Below are positions 9,659-18,130 of a stretch of 53,417 nucleotides of DNA, one piece after another. The translations under genes and the position numbers were made by a program. The first letter of the stretch is position 1, and each line of letters begins with the position of its first letter. The notes below the pieces were generated by a model. That model was not told where the DNA came from and did not search any database. It saw only the letters and a list, made by a program, of their open reading frames with translations. This DNA is from an uncultured Polyangiales bacterium (GTDB taxonomy: Bacteria; Myxococcota_A; Polyangia; Polyangiales; CAYWAT01), in NCBI GenBank assembly GCA_964456305.1, contig CAYWAT010000004.1, positions 1-53,417 on the forward strand, given 5' to 3'.

Positions 9659-10999
9659 CTACAGCCATCGATCTAGCTCACGATAGTCCGGCAGGGTGGT
9701 GTCTATCTGGCGGCCCTGGCGGATGACGACGCGGTTGTGCTGCGATCGCGACAGCAGCTCATTCAGGCTGCGGGCCTGGAAGCAAATCAAATCCGCCGAG
9801 GCCCCAGGGCCGATGAGGACAGCTGCCGGGTCTAGGCCCATAAGCCTGGCCGGTCGGCTGGTGATGCTGCGGGGCCAGTGGTCAAAGGGATGGTCTAGGT
9901 GACCGATGCGAACCGCTTGCTCAAATACTTCTAGGCCATCGTGATCCCCGTAGGCGTAGAAGGGATCGCGGCAGTTGTCGCTGGCAATCGCGGCGGGAAT
10001 ACCCCGACGGTGCAGCTCCTGGAGTAGGGTGATACCCCGGTAGCGGGGGGTTTGGCCACCTCGACGATGCTGCAGATAGAGGTTACACAGGGGGAGGCTG
10101 ACAATACCGATAGGGGCCGCCGCCACCAGCTTCAGGGTAGACTCAATCGTCTCAGGAGACTGCACAGACAGGCTGCAGCAGTGGCCGCAGGTAATCTGAC
10201 CGGTGAAACCGTGGCGGAGGGCCGCAGTGGCCACGTGGCGCAGGGTAATATCCTCCGGATTGAGGCTTTCGTCGGTGTGAAAGTCCAGGTCAAGGCCGTA
10301 GCGCTGGGCCAGGGTAAAGACCCGATCGAGCTGGCGGTCCAGGTCAGGATTCATATAGGCCACTCCCCCCAAAACACCGCCAAACTCTGCCACCAGAGCG
10401 GCCAGGGTGTCGCCGTCGGGGGTGAGAAAATAATCTAGAGACACCAGACATACGGCCTGGAGGCTGATGCGATTGGCCCAGCGCCGTCGCAGCTGATCAA
10501 AAACTTCAAAGCTGGCTCTAGCCAGGGGGGCGAAGCAGTCTAGGTGGGTGCGTAGGGCTCGGGTGCCGTGGGCGTAGCTGCAGCGCAGGCCAAATTCCAT
10601 ACGGTGATATAGCTCTTCCGGGGTCCAGCAGTCGTGGTCCTGGCTGACCGCCTCCAGGGCCGCTGAGAAGCTGCCGTCGGGATTGGGGCGACGGGGCCAC
10701 ACGTGGCCCTTGTCTAGATGGGTGTGCATGTCCACAAAGCAGGGCCACACCAGTCCCTGGTCCAGGTCGATGTAAGCGTCGAGAGCGGCGCTGTCACCCG
10801 CGGCAACAATGCGACCAATTGCTCCACCACGAATTTCGATATCGACCGGTACCAGCTCCTCCTGGGACGATGCTCCGACTAAATGGTGACCGGGCATCAG
10901 GGCGACCTCAGGGTTGAGCAGGGGGGCTGGCACCCGTCCGTTGCGTAGCCAGTAGCAGTCAGAATCAGGAATCGTGAGAAATTCAGGCATAAAATCCAA
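9659..10999 (-). CDS. codA: Cytosine deaminase-like metal-dependent amidohydrolase
   Basis: 'VDMHTHLDKGH', 'DFHTDES', 'CGHCCSL' and 'ASDNCRDPFY' motifs. True substrate uncertain. Confidence 0.8.
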   Translation of the reverse strand: MDFMPEFLTIPDSDCYWLRNGRVPAPLLNPEVALMPGHHLVGASSQEELVPVDIEIRGGAIGRIVAAGDSAALDAYIDLDQGLVWPCFVDMHTHLDKGHVWPRRPNPDGSFSAALEAVSQDHDCWTPEELYHRMEFGLRCSYAHGTRALRTHLDCFAPLARASFEVFDQLRRRWANRISLQAVCLVSLDYFLTPDGDTLAALVAEFGGVLGGVAYMNPDLDRQLDRVFTLAQRYGLDLDFHTDESLNPEDITLRHVATAALRHGFTGQITCGHCCSLSVQSPETIESTLKLVAAAPIGIVSLPLCNLYLQHRRGGQTPRYRGITLLQELHRRGIPAAIASDNCRDPFYAYGDHDGLEVFEQAVRIGHLDHPFDHWPRSITSRPARLMGLDPAAVLIGPGASADLICFQARSLNELLSRSQHNRVVIRQGRQIDTTLPDYRELDRWL

Positions 11000-11015
11000 A
11001 AAGATTGGTTAAATC

Positions 11016-11819
11016 CTAATCTTCGCCCTGAATAGCGCTTTCATGCCAGTTTTTGAGCAGGTAGGTAGACAGGGCCGCTAGCCCCCCAAAGATGGCAATG
11101 CCGAGGGCCGTGGTCATCACCAGAGCCGCAAACATGCGCGGTATCTGTAGATTAAAGCTGGAGATCAAAATCTCGTAGGCGATGCCCGAGCGGCTGCCGC
11201 CGGTGCCTGCCACAAACTCGGCTACCACCGCGCCAATCAGCGCCAGGCCGCCGCTGATGCGCAAACCTCCTAAAAAGTAGGGCAGGGCACTGGGTAGCCG
11301 CAGATACACCAGGGTTTGCCAGCGGGAGGCTCCGTAGATGGCAAACAGATTTTTGAGACTCTGGTCGGCGCTGTTGAGCCCCAGGGTCGTGTTAGAGATA
11401 ATTGGAAACAGGGCCACAATCCAGGCACAGACCACCAAGGCCCAAAAGATATCGTTCTGCAGCCAGATAATAATCAGCGGCGCGATCGCAACGATAGGAG
11501 TCGTCTGCAGCATCACCGCGTAGGGAAACAGGCTGCGTTCGATCCACTTGCTCTGGGCAAACAGCACCGCCAGCCCTACCCCGGATACTACCGCCGCAAC
11601 AAAGGCTACGACCGTGATCTTGAGGGTCACCAGCAGTGCTGGAAACAGCTCTCCCCAGTCTGCCGCCAAGGTTTGCAGCACCAGCCTCGGCCCCGGCAGC
11701 AGATAGGGAGGCAGCTGGGTCAGGCGCACCACGGCCTCCCAGGCAAGGAGAAATGTCAGCCCCACGGTCAGGGGCGCTAGCCACGGGCCTATTAGCTTGG
11801 TTGGTCTTAGCTCAGCCAT
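11016..11819 (-). CDS. ABC transporter permease, NitT/TauT family (probably pyrimidine/nucleobase uptake)
   Basis: 'QTTPIVAIAPLIIIW', 'GASRWQTLVYLRLPSALP', 'GAVVAEFV'. ATG at 11819 overlaps the ATPase stop. Confidence 0.9.
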   Translation of the reverse strand: MAELRPTKLIGPWLAPLTVGLTFLLAWEAVVRLTQLPPYLLPGPRLVLQTLAADWGELFPALLVTLKITVVAFVAAVVSGVGLAVLFAQSKWIERSLFPYAVMLQTTPIVAIAPLIIIWLQNDIFWALVVCAWIVALFPIISNTTLGLNSADQSLKNLFAIYGASRWQTLVYLRLPSALPYFLGGLRISGGLALIGAVVAEFVAGTGGSRSGIAYEILISSFNLQIPRMFAALVMTTALGIAIFGGLAALSTYLLKNWHESAIQGED

Positions 11820-12565
11820 GGTGTCTCCGGCTCGGCCTGCTCTAGCGCCGCTAAGACCTGGCGACAGTAGCGATTGAAGGCAGACGATGTGCGAAAGCTT
11901 TGGGAGCGGGGGTAGGGCTCCTGAATGGGAATATCGGCCGCAATTTGGCCAGGTCTGGCGGTCATCACCACCACCCGGCTCGATAGATAGACCGCCTCGT
12001 AAATATTGTGGGTGATAAACAGCACGGTCCAGCGGCGCTGTTCCCACAGGGTCAGCAGATCCCGGTTGAGGCGACTGCGGGTCATTTCGTCTAGGGCTCC
12101 AAAGGGTTCGTCCATCAGCAAGACCTGAGGGTCGGTCACCAGGGCTCGGGCAATGGACACCCGCATTTTCATACCCCCCGACAGCTGACGCGGGTAGCGC
12201 TGCTCAAACCCGTTCAGCTCTACGGTGTTGATAGCCTGCTGTATTCTGGGCCGGGCGGCCCGCCGTCGCTGGCCGCTGAGCCGCAGGGGCAGATAGACAT
12301 TCTCTAGCACCGTGGCCCAGGGCATCAGGGCAGCATCTTGAAAGACAAAGGCCAGCTGCTGGGACTGGTGCCAGATCAGACGGCCGCTGCTAGGCTGACC
12401 CAACCCTGCTGCCAAACGCAGTACCGTACTTTTGCCGCAGCCGGAGGGGCCTACCAGGCTGACAAATTCCCCAGACCGGATGGATAAATCAATCGGACTG
12501 AGGGCTACGGTCCCGTTCTGATAGGTTTTGGTGACCTGCTTGAGGGTCAGCAGCGGCTCGGTCAT
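11807..12565 (-). CDS. ABC transporter ATP-binding protein, NitT/TauT family
   Basis: Walker A GPSGCGKS, signature LSGGMKMR, Walker B LLMDEPF. Confidence 0.95.
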   Translation of the reverse strand: MTEPLLTLKQVTKTYQNGTVALSPIDLSIRSGEFVSLVGPSGCGKSTVLRLAAGLGQPSSGRLIWHQSQQLAFVFQDAALMPWATVLENVYLPLRLSGQRRRAARPRIQQAINTVELNGFEQRYPRQLSGGMKMRVSIARALVTDPQVLLMDEPFGALDEMTRSRLNRDLLTLWEQRRWTVLFITHNIYEAVYLSSRVVVMTARPGQIAADIPIQEPYPRSQSFRTSSAFNRYCRQVLAALEQAEPETPWLS

Positions 12566-12638
12566 GGAGGCTGGAAAAACAGAAATGAAATAGTGAAATA
12601 CGGTTTGACCTGTCGGGCGCTCGAGGCGCGACTCAGGA

Positions 12639-14336
12639 TTAGCTTCCGCCGGCGGCGGTGGTATCCCGACGGTAGGATTGCAGCACTGTGATGCCCTCCA
12701 GGAGGGTGCGATCGCGACTGAGGTGGGGCAGTTTTACCTGGGCATCGTCCTGGACGCCGGGCCGGAGGCGGCGCTGGCGCAGCTGCTTGAAGCTGCCGGG
12801 AGCCAGGACGTTTAGCTGGGGGGCGGTAATATCACCCCGGCGGCGCTTTGACCCGTAGGACTCATTGGTCCGCTGCATGCCCTGATCGAAGTGCTGCAGC
12901 ATCTCCTCTAGTCGGGCGGAGGACTGGTCAGGCCCTAGCTCAATATTCAACACGTAGTAGGGATCGACCAGGGATGGTGACAGCGTGACGCAAAAGTCCT
13001 CGACGGTCAACGTTTTTCCGACCTCGGCCATGACCTGGGAGGCGTGGTGCTCCGTCGTTTTTTCAGAAATAGCCGAGAGGGTGCCCCCCCGGCGGTAGCG
13101 AAAAACAATCACCGGCACCCCGTCCCGCATTTCCAACACCTGGAGCACATCCCCCAGGTCGTATCGGCAAAATCCGGAGTAGTTGGTCACCAGCACTCGA
13201 TAGTATTCGCCCACCTGTAGCTCATGGGGCAGCAGGGTTTTAGGCGATGCCGCTTCCCACTGGTCCGGGGCAATAAATTCGAAAAAATTGGTCTTGATAG
13301 CCAGAATGGCACCATCTTGATTGAGATAGCAGCAGCTGCCAAAGACTGCCTCGGAAGCGGCATAGGTACCGCCAAAGACGGGCAGATCGCCGAAGTATTC
13401 GTCAAATCGCTTGAGATAAAAGTCCGACGGCCCACCCCGAGCCGTAATTAGAAAAGACAGCTGGGGCCACACGTGGCGCGGCAGCAGCCGACCGTGGGTG
13501 TTTAGCAGCTGCTCTAGGGCCGCTGCCCGCCGGGGTTGAGGACGCAGCCGTCGCTCCAGCTGTTGACGTAGGGGGGCGGCGATATCTAAATCTTTAGCCA
13601 GGCTGCCCTGGCCTACGTCCGCCACTAGCTGGGGACCAAACCGCTCTAGATAGGTACACAGCTGCAGCATGATCAGAGGGAAATTTGCTGCAATATAGGC
13701 GAGCTGAGGATTTTGCAAAGCAAACAGCAAACAGACATAGTTGCGGGCTGCGGTGCTGCTAACGCTCAGGGCCGCCGCTGGCTGCACAAACAGCTGCTTG
13801 AAAACCAGGGCCGGTGTGGTCCGCAGCTGGTTGCCGCTGACGTGGCCGTAGGGAATGCCGCCGTCGGTTTCTCCCAGGGCCTGGGTGTTAGTCGTCAGTA
13901 GCAGCTGACCCACCGGACGATTTTGCTGACAGGCCTGGCCAAAGGCGTAGCCCATGGCCACCTGGTTGGCATAGGCCCGGGTCTGGCTCACCCGGCGGGT
14001 GATGGGTACCAGCTTGCGGCTGCCGGTGGAGCCGCTGCTCATATTGAAGACCTGCACCGGCAGCGGGGAGACGACCCCGGTTTCTCCGGCGGCGGCCCTT
14101 TCAAAGTAGGGGCTGTAGTCGTCATAGCTCCAGCGGGGAACCTGCTGGCGAAACTCTTCAACGGTGGTAACCCGGTCTAGGCCCAGGGCCTGGCCCAGGG
14201 CAGTAGGGCGTTGCTCCTTGATCAGCCGCTGAAGAAACTGGGCCTGAATGGCATCCCCCTGTCTGAGCTGGCGGCCGAAGGAACGCTGTCGCCATCGGGC
14301 GGCCGCCGCAAAAACAGACACAACTGGATGAACCAT
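12639..14336 (-). CDS. GH3-family acyl-acid amido synthetase (adenylating enzyme)
   Basis: GH3 nucleotide-binding motifs 'SSGSTGSRKLVP', 'YAASEA' and 'RYDLGD', plus 'FFEFI' and 'EKTTE'. The real start is ATG 14336; the longer ORF overlaps the divergent gene. Confidence 0.9.
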   Translation of the reverse strand: MVHPVVSVFAAAARWRQRSFGRQLRQGDAIQAQFLQRLIKEQRPTALGQALGLDRVTTVEEFRQQVPRWSYDDYSPYFERAAAGETGVVSPLPVQVFNMSSGSTGSRKLVPITRRVSQTRAYANQVAMGYAFGQACQQNRPVGQLLLTTNTQALGETDGGIPYGHVSGNQLRTTPALVFKQLFVQPAAALSVSSTAARNYVCLLFALQNPQLAYIAANFPLIMLQLCTYLERFGPQLVADVGQGSLAKDLDIAAPLRQQLERRLRPQPRRAAALEQLLNTHGRLLPRHVWPQLSFLITARGGPSDFYLKRFDEYFGDLPVFGGTYAASEAVFGSCCYLNQDGAILAIKTNFFEFIAPDQWEAASPKTLLPHELQVGEYYRVLVTNYSGFCRYDLGDVLQVLEMRDGVPVIVFRYRRGGTLSAISEKTTEHHASQVMAEVGKTLTVEDFCVTLSPSLVDPYYVLNIELGPDQSSARLEEMLQHFDQGMQRTNESYGSKRRRGDITAPQLNVLAPGSFKQLRQRRLRPGVQDDAQVKLPHLSRDRTLLEGITVLQSYRRDTTAAGGS

Positions 14337-14414
14337 GGTAGACCCGCTTACTTCACAAGTCGTAATTTTTTCACAATAATGGGTAGCAGAAAAGACCGCT
14401 CTACCGGAGTCCCC

Positions 14415-14903
14415 ATGTCTCAGCCTGCTGTTTTCCTGCTTAGTTTCGTAGCGGCCTTTGTGTTTGCCAGCTTTGTTGAATACTGGATGCATCGCCTGAT
14501 GCATGCCTCTCCCCGGGTGGGCCAGCGCCACCGGGATCACCACCGTCGCAACGAGGCCCAGGGGGTGATTTGGGAGTTTCGTGACTATGTGCTGGGCAGC
14601 GCGATCGCAATGGCGGTGCCGTTTTTCTTCTCCGTCACCGTCGGCATTGGCTGGGCCGTGGGTGCCCTGGTCTATGCTGCCTTTTCCGCCTACGCCCACC
14701 AGCTGCAGCATGAAAACCCCCGCCGCTGCTTCTGGATGAAGATGCCGGTCCACTACGTTCACCACAAGTACGGCATGTGGAACCACAATTTTGGCCTAGC
14801 CGTAGACTGGTGGGACCACGTTTTTGGTACCTACAAGCCCGTTGAGTGGCCCGCTGCCGATGATCAGGCCGCCCTACCTATGCTGGCGGTGCGCTGGTGG
14901 TAG
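14415..14903 (+). CDS. Fatty acid hydroxylase / sterol desaturase superfamily membrane di-iron enzyme
   Basis: His boxes 'EYWMHRLMH', 'HRDHH', 'HQLQH', 'HYVHH', and 'NFG...WWDHVFGT'; hydrophobic segments. Confidence 0.9.
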   Translation: MSQPAVFLLSFVAAFVFASFVEYWMHRLMHASPRVGQRHRDHHRRNEAQGVIWEFRDYVLGSAIAMAVPFFFSVTVGIGWAVGALVYAAFSAYAHQLQHENPRRCFWMKMPVHYVHHKYGMWNHNFGLAVDWWDHVFGTYKPVEWPAADDQAALPMLAVRWW

Positions 14904-14909
14904 CAAGAC

Positions 14910-15647
14910 CTAGACGTTCTGGCCCCAGGTTTCGTAGTTTTCCTTAGCCTGCTTGACCTGGGGCGACAGGGCAAGCAGCTGGGAGACACCCCAGTTCACC
15001 CAGGACAGGGGAAACCGAAAGGGGCGCTCAATATCTAGAAATAGCACCACTCGGTAGCCGTCGGTGTCGTTCCAAACCTCGTGGTAGTAGGTGTCATCAA
15101 AAATCAGGCTTTTGCCCTCCTGCCAGTGGGTAATTTCCTCCCCTACTCGAATCCGACATTTTTCCCTAGGCTCTGGCACCCGCAGCCCCAGGTGGTAGCG
15201 AATCAGCCCCTTGTGCTTGCCCCGGTGCTCGGGGATATGTTTCCCCGGAGCCAAAATTGAAAAAAAGGCCACCTTCAGCCCTGGAATATCTTTAATCAGC
15301 TCCCAGGTGCGGGGGCAGCGCTCACAGTTGCGAGTGGCTACAAACCCAAAGCTGCAGAAGTAGTAGGTTTTCCACTTGCTGTCCGGGCTGATGCGGCTCT
15401 GACGCGGCATGATGTCCTGGAAGCTGGGTAGCGCGTTGACCTCCTGCAGCACCTGGTCTAGCTCCTGGCGAATGGTCTGCCAGTTTGTCTCTAGCTCGGC
15501 GGCCCAGGAAAAAGTCTGGGTCGGAAAGAAGGCCGCATTGCCCAGGGGGGAGCTTTTGCCCAACCAGGCTTCAAACCGACGATAGCCAGGTCGATCAAAA
15601 ATTGGATGAATGGGGGTTTCGGGACTGCGAGGTAGGGAAACTGACAT
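14910..15647 (-). CDS. Aspartyl/asparaginyl beta-hydroxylase (AspH/LpxO-like) Fe(II)/2-oxoglutarate dioxygenase
   Basis: 'LETNWQTIRQEL', 'CPRT', 'FSILAPGKHIPEHRG...RYHLGL', 'FDDTYYHEVWN...RVVLFLD'. Confidence 0.9.
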   Translation of the reverse strand: MSVSLPRSPETPIHPIFDRPGYRRFEAWLGKSSPLGNAAFFPTQTFSWAAELETNWQTIRQELDQVLQEVNALPSFQDIMPRQSRISPDSKWKTYYFCSFGFVATRNCERCPRTWELIKDIPGLKVAFFSILAPGKHIPEHRGKHKGLIRYHLGLRVPEPREKCRIRVGEEITHWQEGKSLIFDDTYYHEVWNDTDGYRVVLFLDIERPFRFPLSWVNWGVSQLLALSPQVKQAKENYETWGQNV

Positions 15648-15776
15648 CAGCGCTGCAAACAAATAAAACAGTTTGACAAAAATTGTCTAATTTTTGAGAT
15701 AAACGCGCTATGGCTATAGTAATCAGGGTATCAGCTCGCCCTTAGCGCTCTTCAATCCTCCCACAGGCCTTACCCC

Positions 15777-16208
15777 ATGAAGCATCCTCTACTCGGTGCC
15801 GCTGCGATCGCAATGTTAGCCATGCCTGCGGCGGCCCAGGTAATTCCGGTAGATCAAACCCCCGAAATGGCCGATCGGCTCCTCCAGGAAGGCTACTTGC
15901 CCCTGGCCGATCAGCCGGGGCTGCGGCTGGAGCTGGAGTGCCGAGCCTATCTGGCGGTGAGCTTCCCTAACGGGTTTATTGAACCGGCCTATCTCAATGC
16001 CGACGTTGAAGCCACCTTTGTAGAAGCAGGACGGCGCGGCGGCGTTTTCTCTGACACCATCTACGAGTACGGAGGGCCGATTGCCCGGCGCGTGGGGGAG
16101 CTGATGACCCTGAGTAACAGCGCCGTTGATATTGAGTCAGGCCTCAAGCTGCAGTTTCTCTACGAGGAGCTTGAGACCTTTGTCTGTGCCCAGCTGCCCA
16201 AAGGCTAG
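15777..16208 (+). CDS. Hypothetical secreted protein
   Basis: Signal peptide 'MKHPLLGAAAIAMLAMPAAAQ'; two Cys; fills the gap between neighbours. Confidence 0.7.
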   Translation: MKHPLLGAAAIAMLAMPAAAQVIPVDQTPEMADRLLQEGYLPLADQPGLRLELECRAYLAVSFPNGFIEPAYLNADVEATFVEAGRRGGVFSDTIYEYGGPIARRVGELMTLSNSAVDIESGLKLQFLYEELETFVCAQLPKG

Positions 16209-16217
16209 CGGCTTTTT

Positions 16218-17132
16218 TTAAGCGGTCGGTCCGCTGCTGCTTTCCGGACTGAGCCGCTGTTTGAGAAAGTCAATGAGCAGCTGCACCTTGGTGGACAGCT
16301 GTCGGTTGAGGGGATGGACTACCGTCAGGTCCAGGCTGGTGGGGAAATACTGCTCTAGAACAACGGGCACCAGCTGCTGCTGGGCTAGCGCGGCCGCCAC
16401 GATAAACCGGGGCAGCAGGGCAATGCCCACCCCCCGGATCGCCGCATCCCGCAGCACGTCCCCATTGTTTGAACAGAAGGCTCCGGTTACCGGCACTGTC
16501 TGCGTGCCCCCTGGCCCTTGCAGACTCCAGCCGTGACGACGGGTGAGCTCGCCATAGGCCAGACAGCTGTGGTCAGCCAAATCGTCCGGACAGGTGGGCA
16601 CTCCCCGCTGCTCCAGGTAGGCCGGGGCGGCACACAGCAGACGGGGCAGGGTAGCCAGCGGATGCACGACGAGCTGGCCCGAGTCCACGGAGCGGGCAAT
16701 GCGCAGGGTGATGTCAAACCCCTCCACCAGCGGATCGATAAAGCGATCGTCCAGGGTGAGCTGAATCTGGAGCTTAGGATACTGTTGTGCAAATTCCGCC
16801 AGCAGCGGTCCTAAATACTGGGTGCCGAAGCTCATGGGGGCGTTAATACGCAGCGGCCCCACCGGCTCAGACTGCCCCTGGGATACAGCCTGCTGGGCTT
16901 CTTCTAGATCTGCCAGAATGCCGACGCAGCGCTCGTAGAAAGCCATGCCCGTGGCCGTAGGGGTAACCCGACGGGTGCTGCGCTGCAGCAGCTTCACCCC
17001 CAGCTCTGCCTCCAAACTAATCACCAGCTTGTTGACCGCAGAGCGGGATAGGTCCATCTGACGAGCGGCGGCGGCAAACCCCCCTGCTTCTACCACCTGT
17101 ACAAAGGCCCCGAGGGCCGCAAGCTTGTCCAC
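16218..17132 (-). CDS. LysR-family transcriptional regulator (CrgA/DmlR-like)
   Basis: N-term HTH '[38 protein letters not shown]'; divergent from pirin. Confidence 0.95.
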   Translation of the reverse strand: MDKLAALGAFVQVVEAGGFAAAARQMDLSRSAVNKLVISLEAELGVKLLQRSTRRVTPTATGMAFYERCVGILADLEEAQQAVSQGQSEPVGPLRINAPMSFGTQYLGPLLAEFAQQYPKLQIQLTLDDRFIDPLVEGFDITLRIARSVDSGQLVVHPLATLPRLLCAAPAYLEQRGVPTCPDDLADHSCLAYGELTRRHGWSLQGPGGTQTVPVTGAFCSNNGDVLRDAAIRGVGIALLPRFIVAAALAQQQLVPVVLEQYFPTSLDLTVVHPLNRQLSTKVQLLIDFLKQRLSPESSSGPTA

Positions 17133-17158
17133 GGCTGTTTTTCCTGGCTACACCGCTG

Positions 17159-17222
17159 ATTGTCTTTTATTTGTAGACAATATGTCAATTAAATTGGCTA
17201 TTGTCTTTTAAATGGAGTCAAT
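17159..17222. promoter_or_regulatory. Two copies of a 23-bp palindromic operator in the LysR/pirin divergent promoter
   Basis: ATTGTCT-TTTATTTGT-AGACAAT (17159-17181, perfect 7-bp arms) and ATTGTCT-TTTAAATGG-AGTCAAT (17200-17222). Confidence 0.7.
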
Positions 17223-17278
17223 ACATAATTAAAACAGTTCACCCACAGTTCATCTGTTATTAGCGGGAGGTAAGCTAC

Positions 17279-17980
17279 ATGATCACCATTCGTCCGGCCT
17301 CAGAGCGTGGCGCTGCCGACTTTGGCTGGCTTGATAGCCGCCACAGCTTTTCCTTTGGTAGCTACTACGACCCCAGCCACATGGGCTTTGGTAGCCTGCG
17401 GGTCATCAACGAAGACAAGGTGGCTCCCGGCCAGGGGTTTAGCACCCACAGCCATCGCGATATGGAAATTATTTCCTACGTGATCGATGGAGCCCTGGAG
17501 CATAAAGACAGCCTGGGCAACGGCTCTACGATTCGTCCGGGGGACGTACAGCGCATGAGCGCCGGTACCGGTATCAGCCACAGTGAATACAACGGCTCTA
17601 GCAGTGCCCCGGTTCACTTTCTTCAGATTTGGGTGCTGCCAGAGCAGGCCGGTATTGAGCCGGGCTACGAGCAAATCTTCGTCAGCCCCCAGGAGAAGCA
17701 GGGTAGGCTGCGACTGCTTGGCTCTCGCGACGGTCGCGATGGCTCCGTGACTATCCACCAGGATGTCAATCTCTACGGCGCGCTGCTGGGGGAAAACGAG
17801 TCGGTAACACACAGTGCGACCCCAGGTCGCGCCCTATGGCTGCAGGTTGTGCGGGGCCAGGTGGATCTCAACGGCCAGGCCCTGGGCCAGGGTGACGGTG
17901 CTGCCATTGCTGACGAGGCTGCCCTGACGATTGCAGGGCGCTCCGATGCTGAGGTTTTACTGTTCGATATGGCCGCCTAG
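17279..17980 (+). CDS. Pirin family protein (YhhW-like quercetinase/cupin)
   Basis: '[10 protein letters not shown]', '[11 protein letters not shown]', '[11 protein letters not shown]', 'FLQIW'; strong GGGAGG ribosome-binding site. Confidence 0.95.
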   Translation: MITIRPASERGAADFGWLDSRHSFSFGSYYDPSHMGFGSLRVINEDKVAPGQGFSTHSHRDMEIISYVIDGALEHKDSLGNGSTIRPGDVQRMSAGTGISHSEYNGSSSAPVHFLQIWVLPEQAGIEPGYEQIFVSPQEKQGRLRLLGSRDGRDGSVTIHQDVNLYGALLGENESVTHSATPGRALWLQVVRGQVDLNGQALGQGDGAAIADEAALTIAGRSDAEVLLFDMAA

Positions 17981-17982
17981 CT

Positions 17983-18012
17983 CAGGCGGGCGACGGTGCC
18001 GTCGCCCGCCTG
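17983..18012 (+). terminator. Very stable GC hairpin immediately after the pirin stop (terminator or 3' stabiliser; no U-tract)
   Basis: CAGGCGGGCGACGG-TG-CCGTCGCCCGCCTG, a perfect inverted repeat. Confidence 0.65.
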
Positions 18013-18130
18013 TGTGAAGCCCCGATAAAGCGCCCTGGCGAATTTATTGCTGTCTACAAGTTAGGTCATAGAATCAGCTGGTACGCTCGTGCCAGGCTGC
18101 CACGGCGGCTTGAGCCTATCAGGAAATACT

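Noticed and set aside
11820-12047. N-terminal extension of the ABC permease ORF
   Set aside because: It overlaps the ATPase in another frame. ATG 11819 gives a normal-length permease.
14337-14786. 150-aa N-terminal extension of the GH3 ORF (715 aa in the ORF track), suggesting a fusion or overlapping gene
   Set aside because: It is the antisense shadow of the fatty-acid hydroxylase gene. GH3-like sequence begins at ATG 14336.
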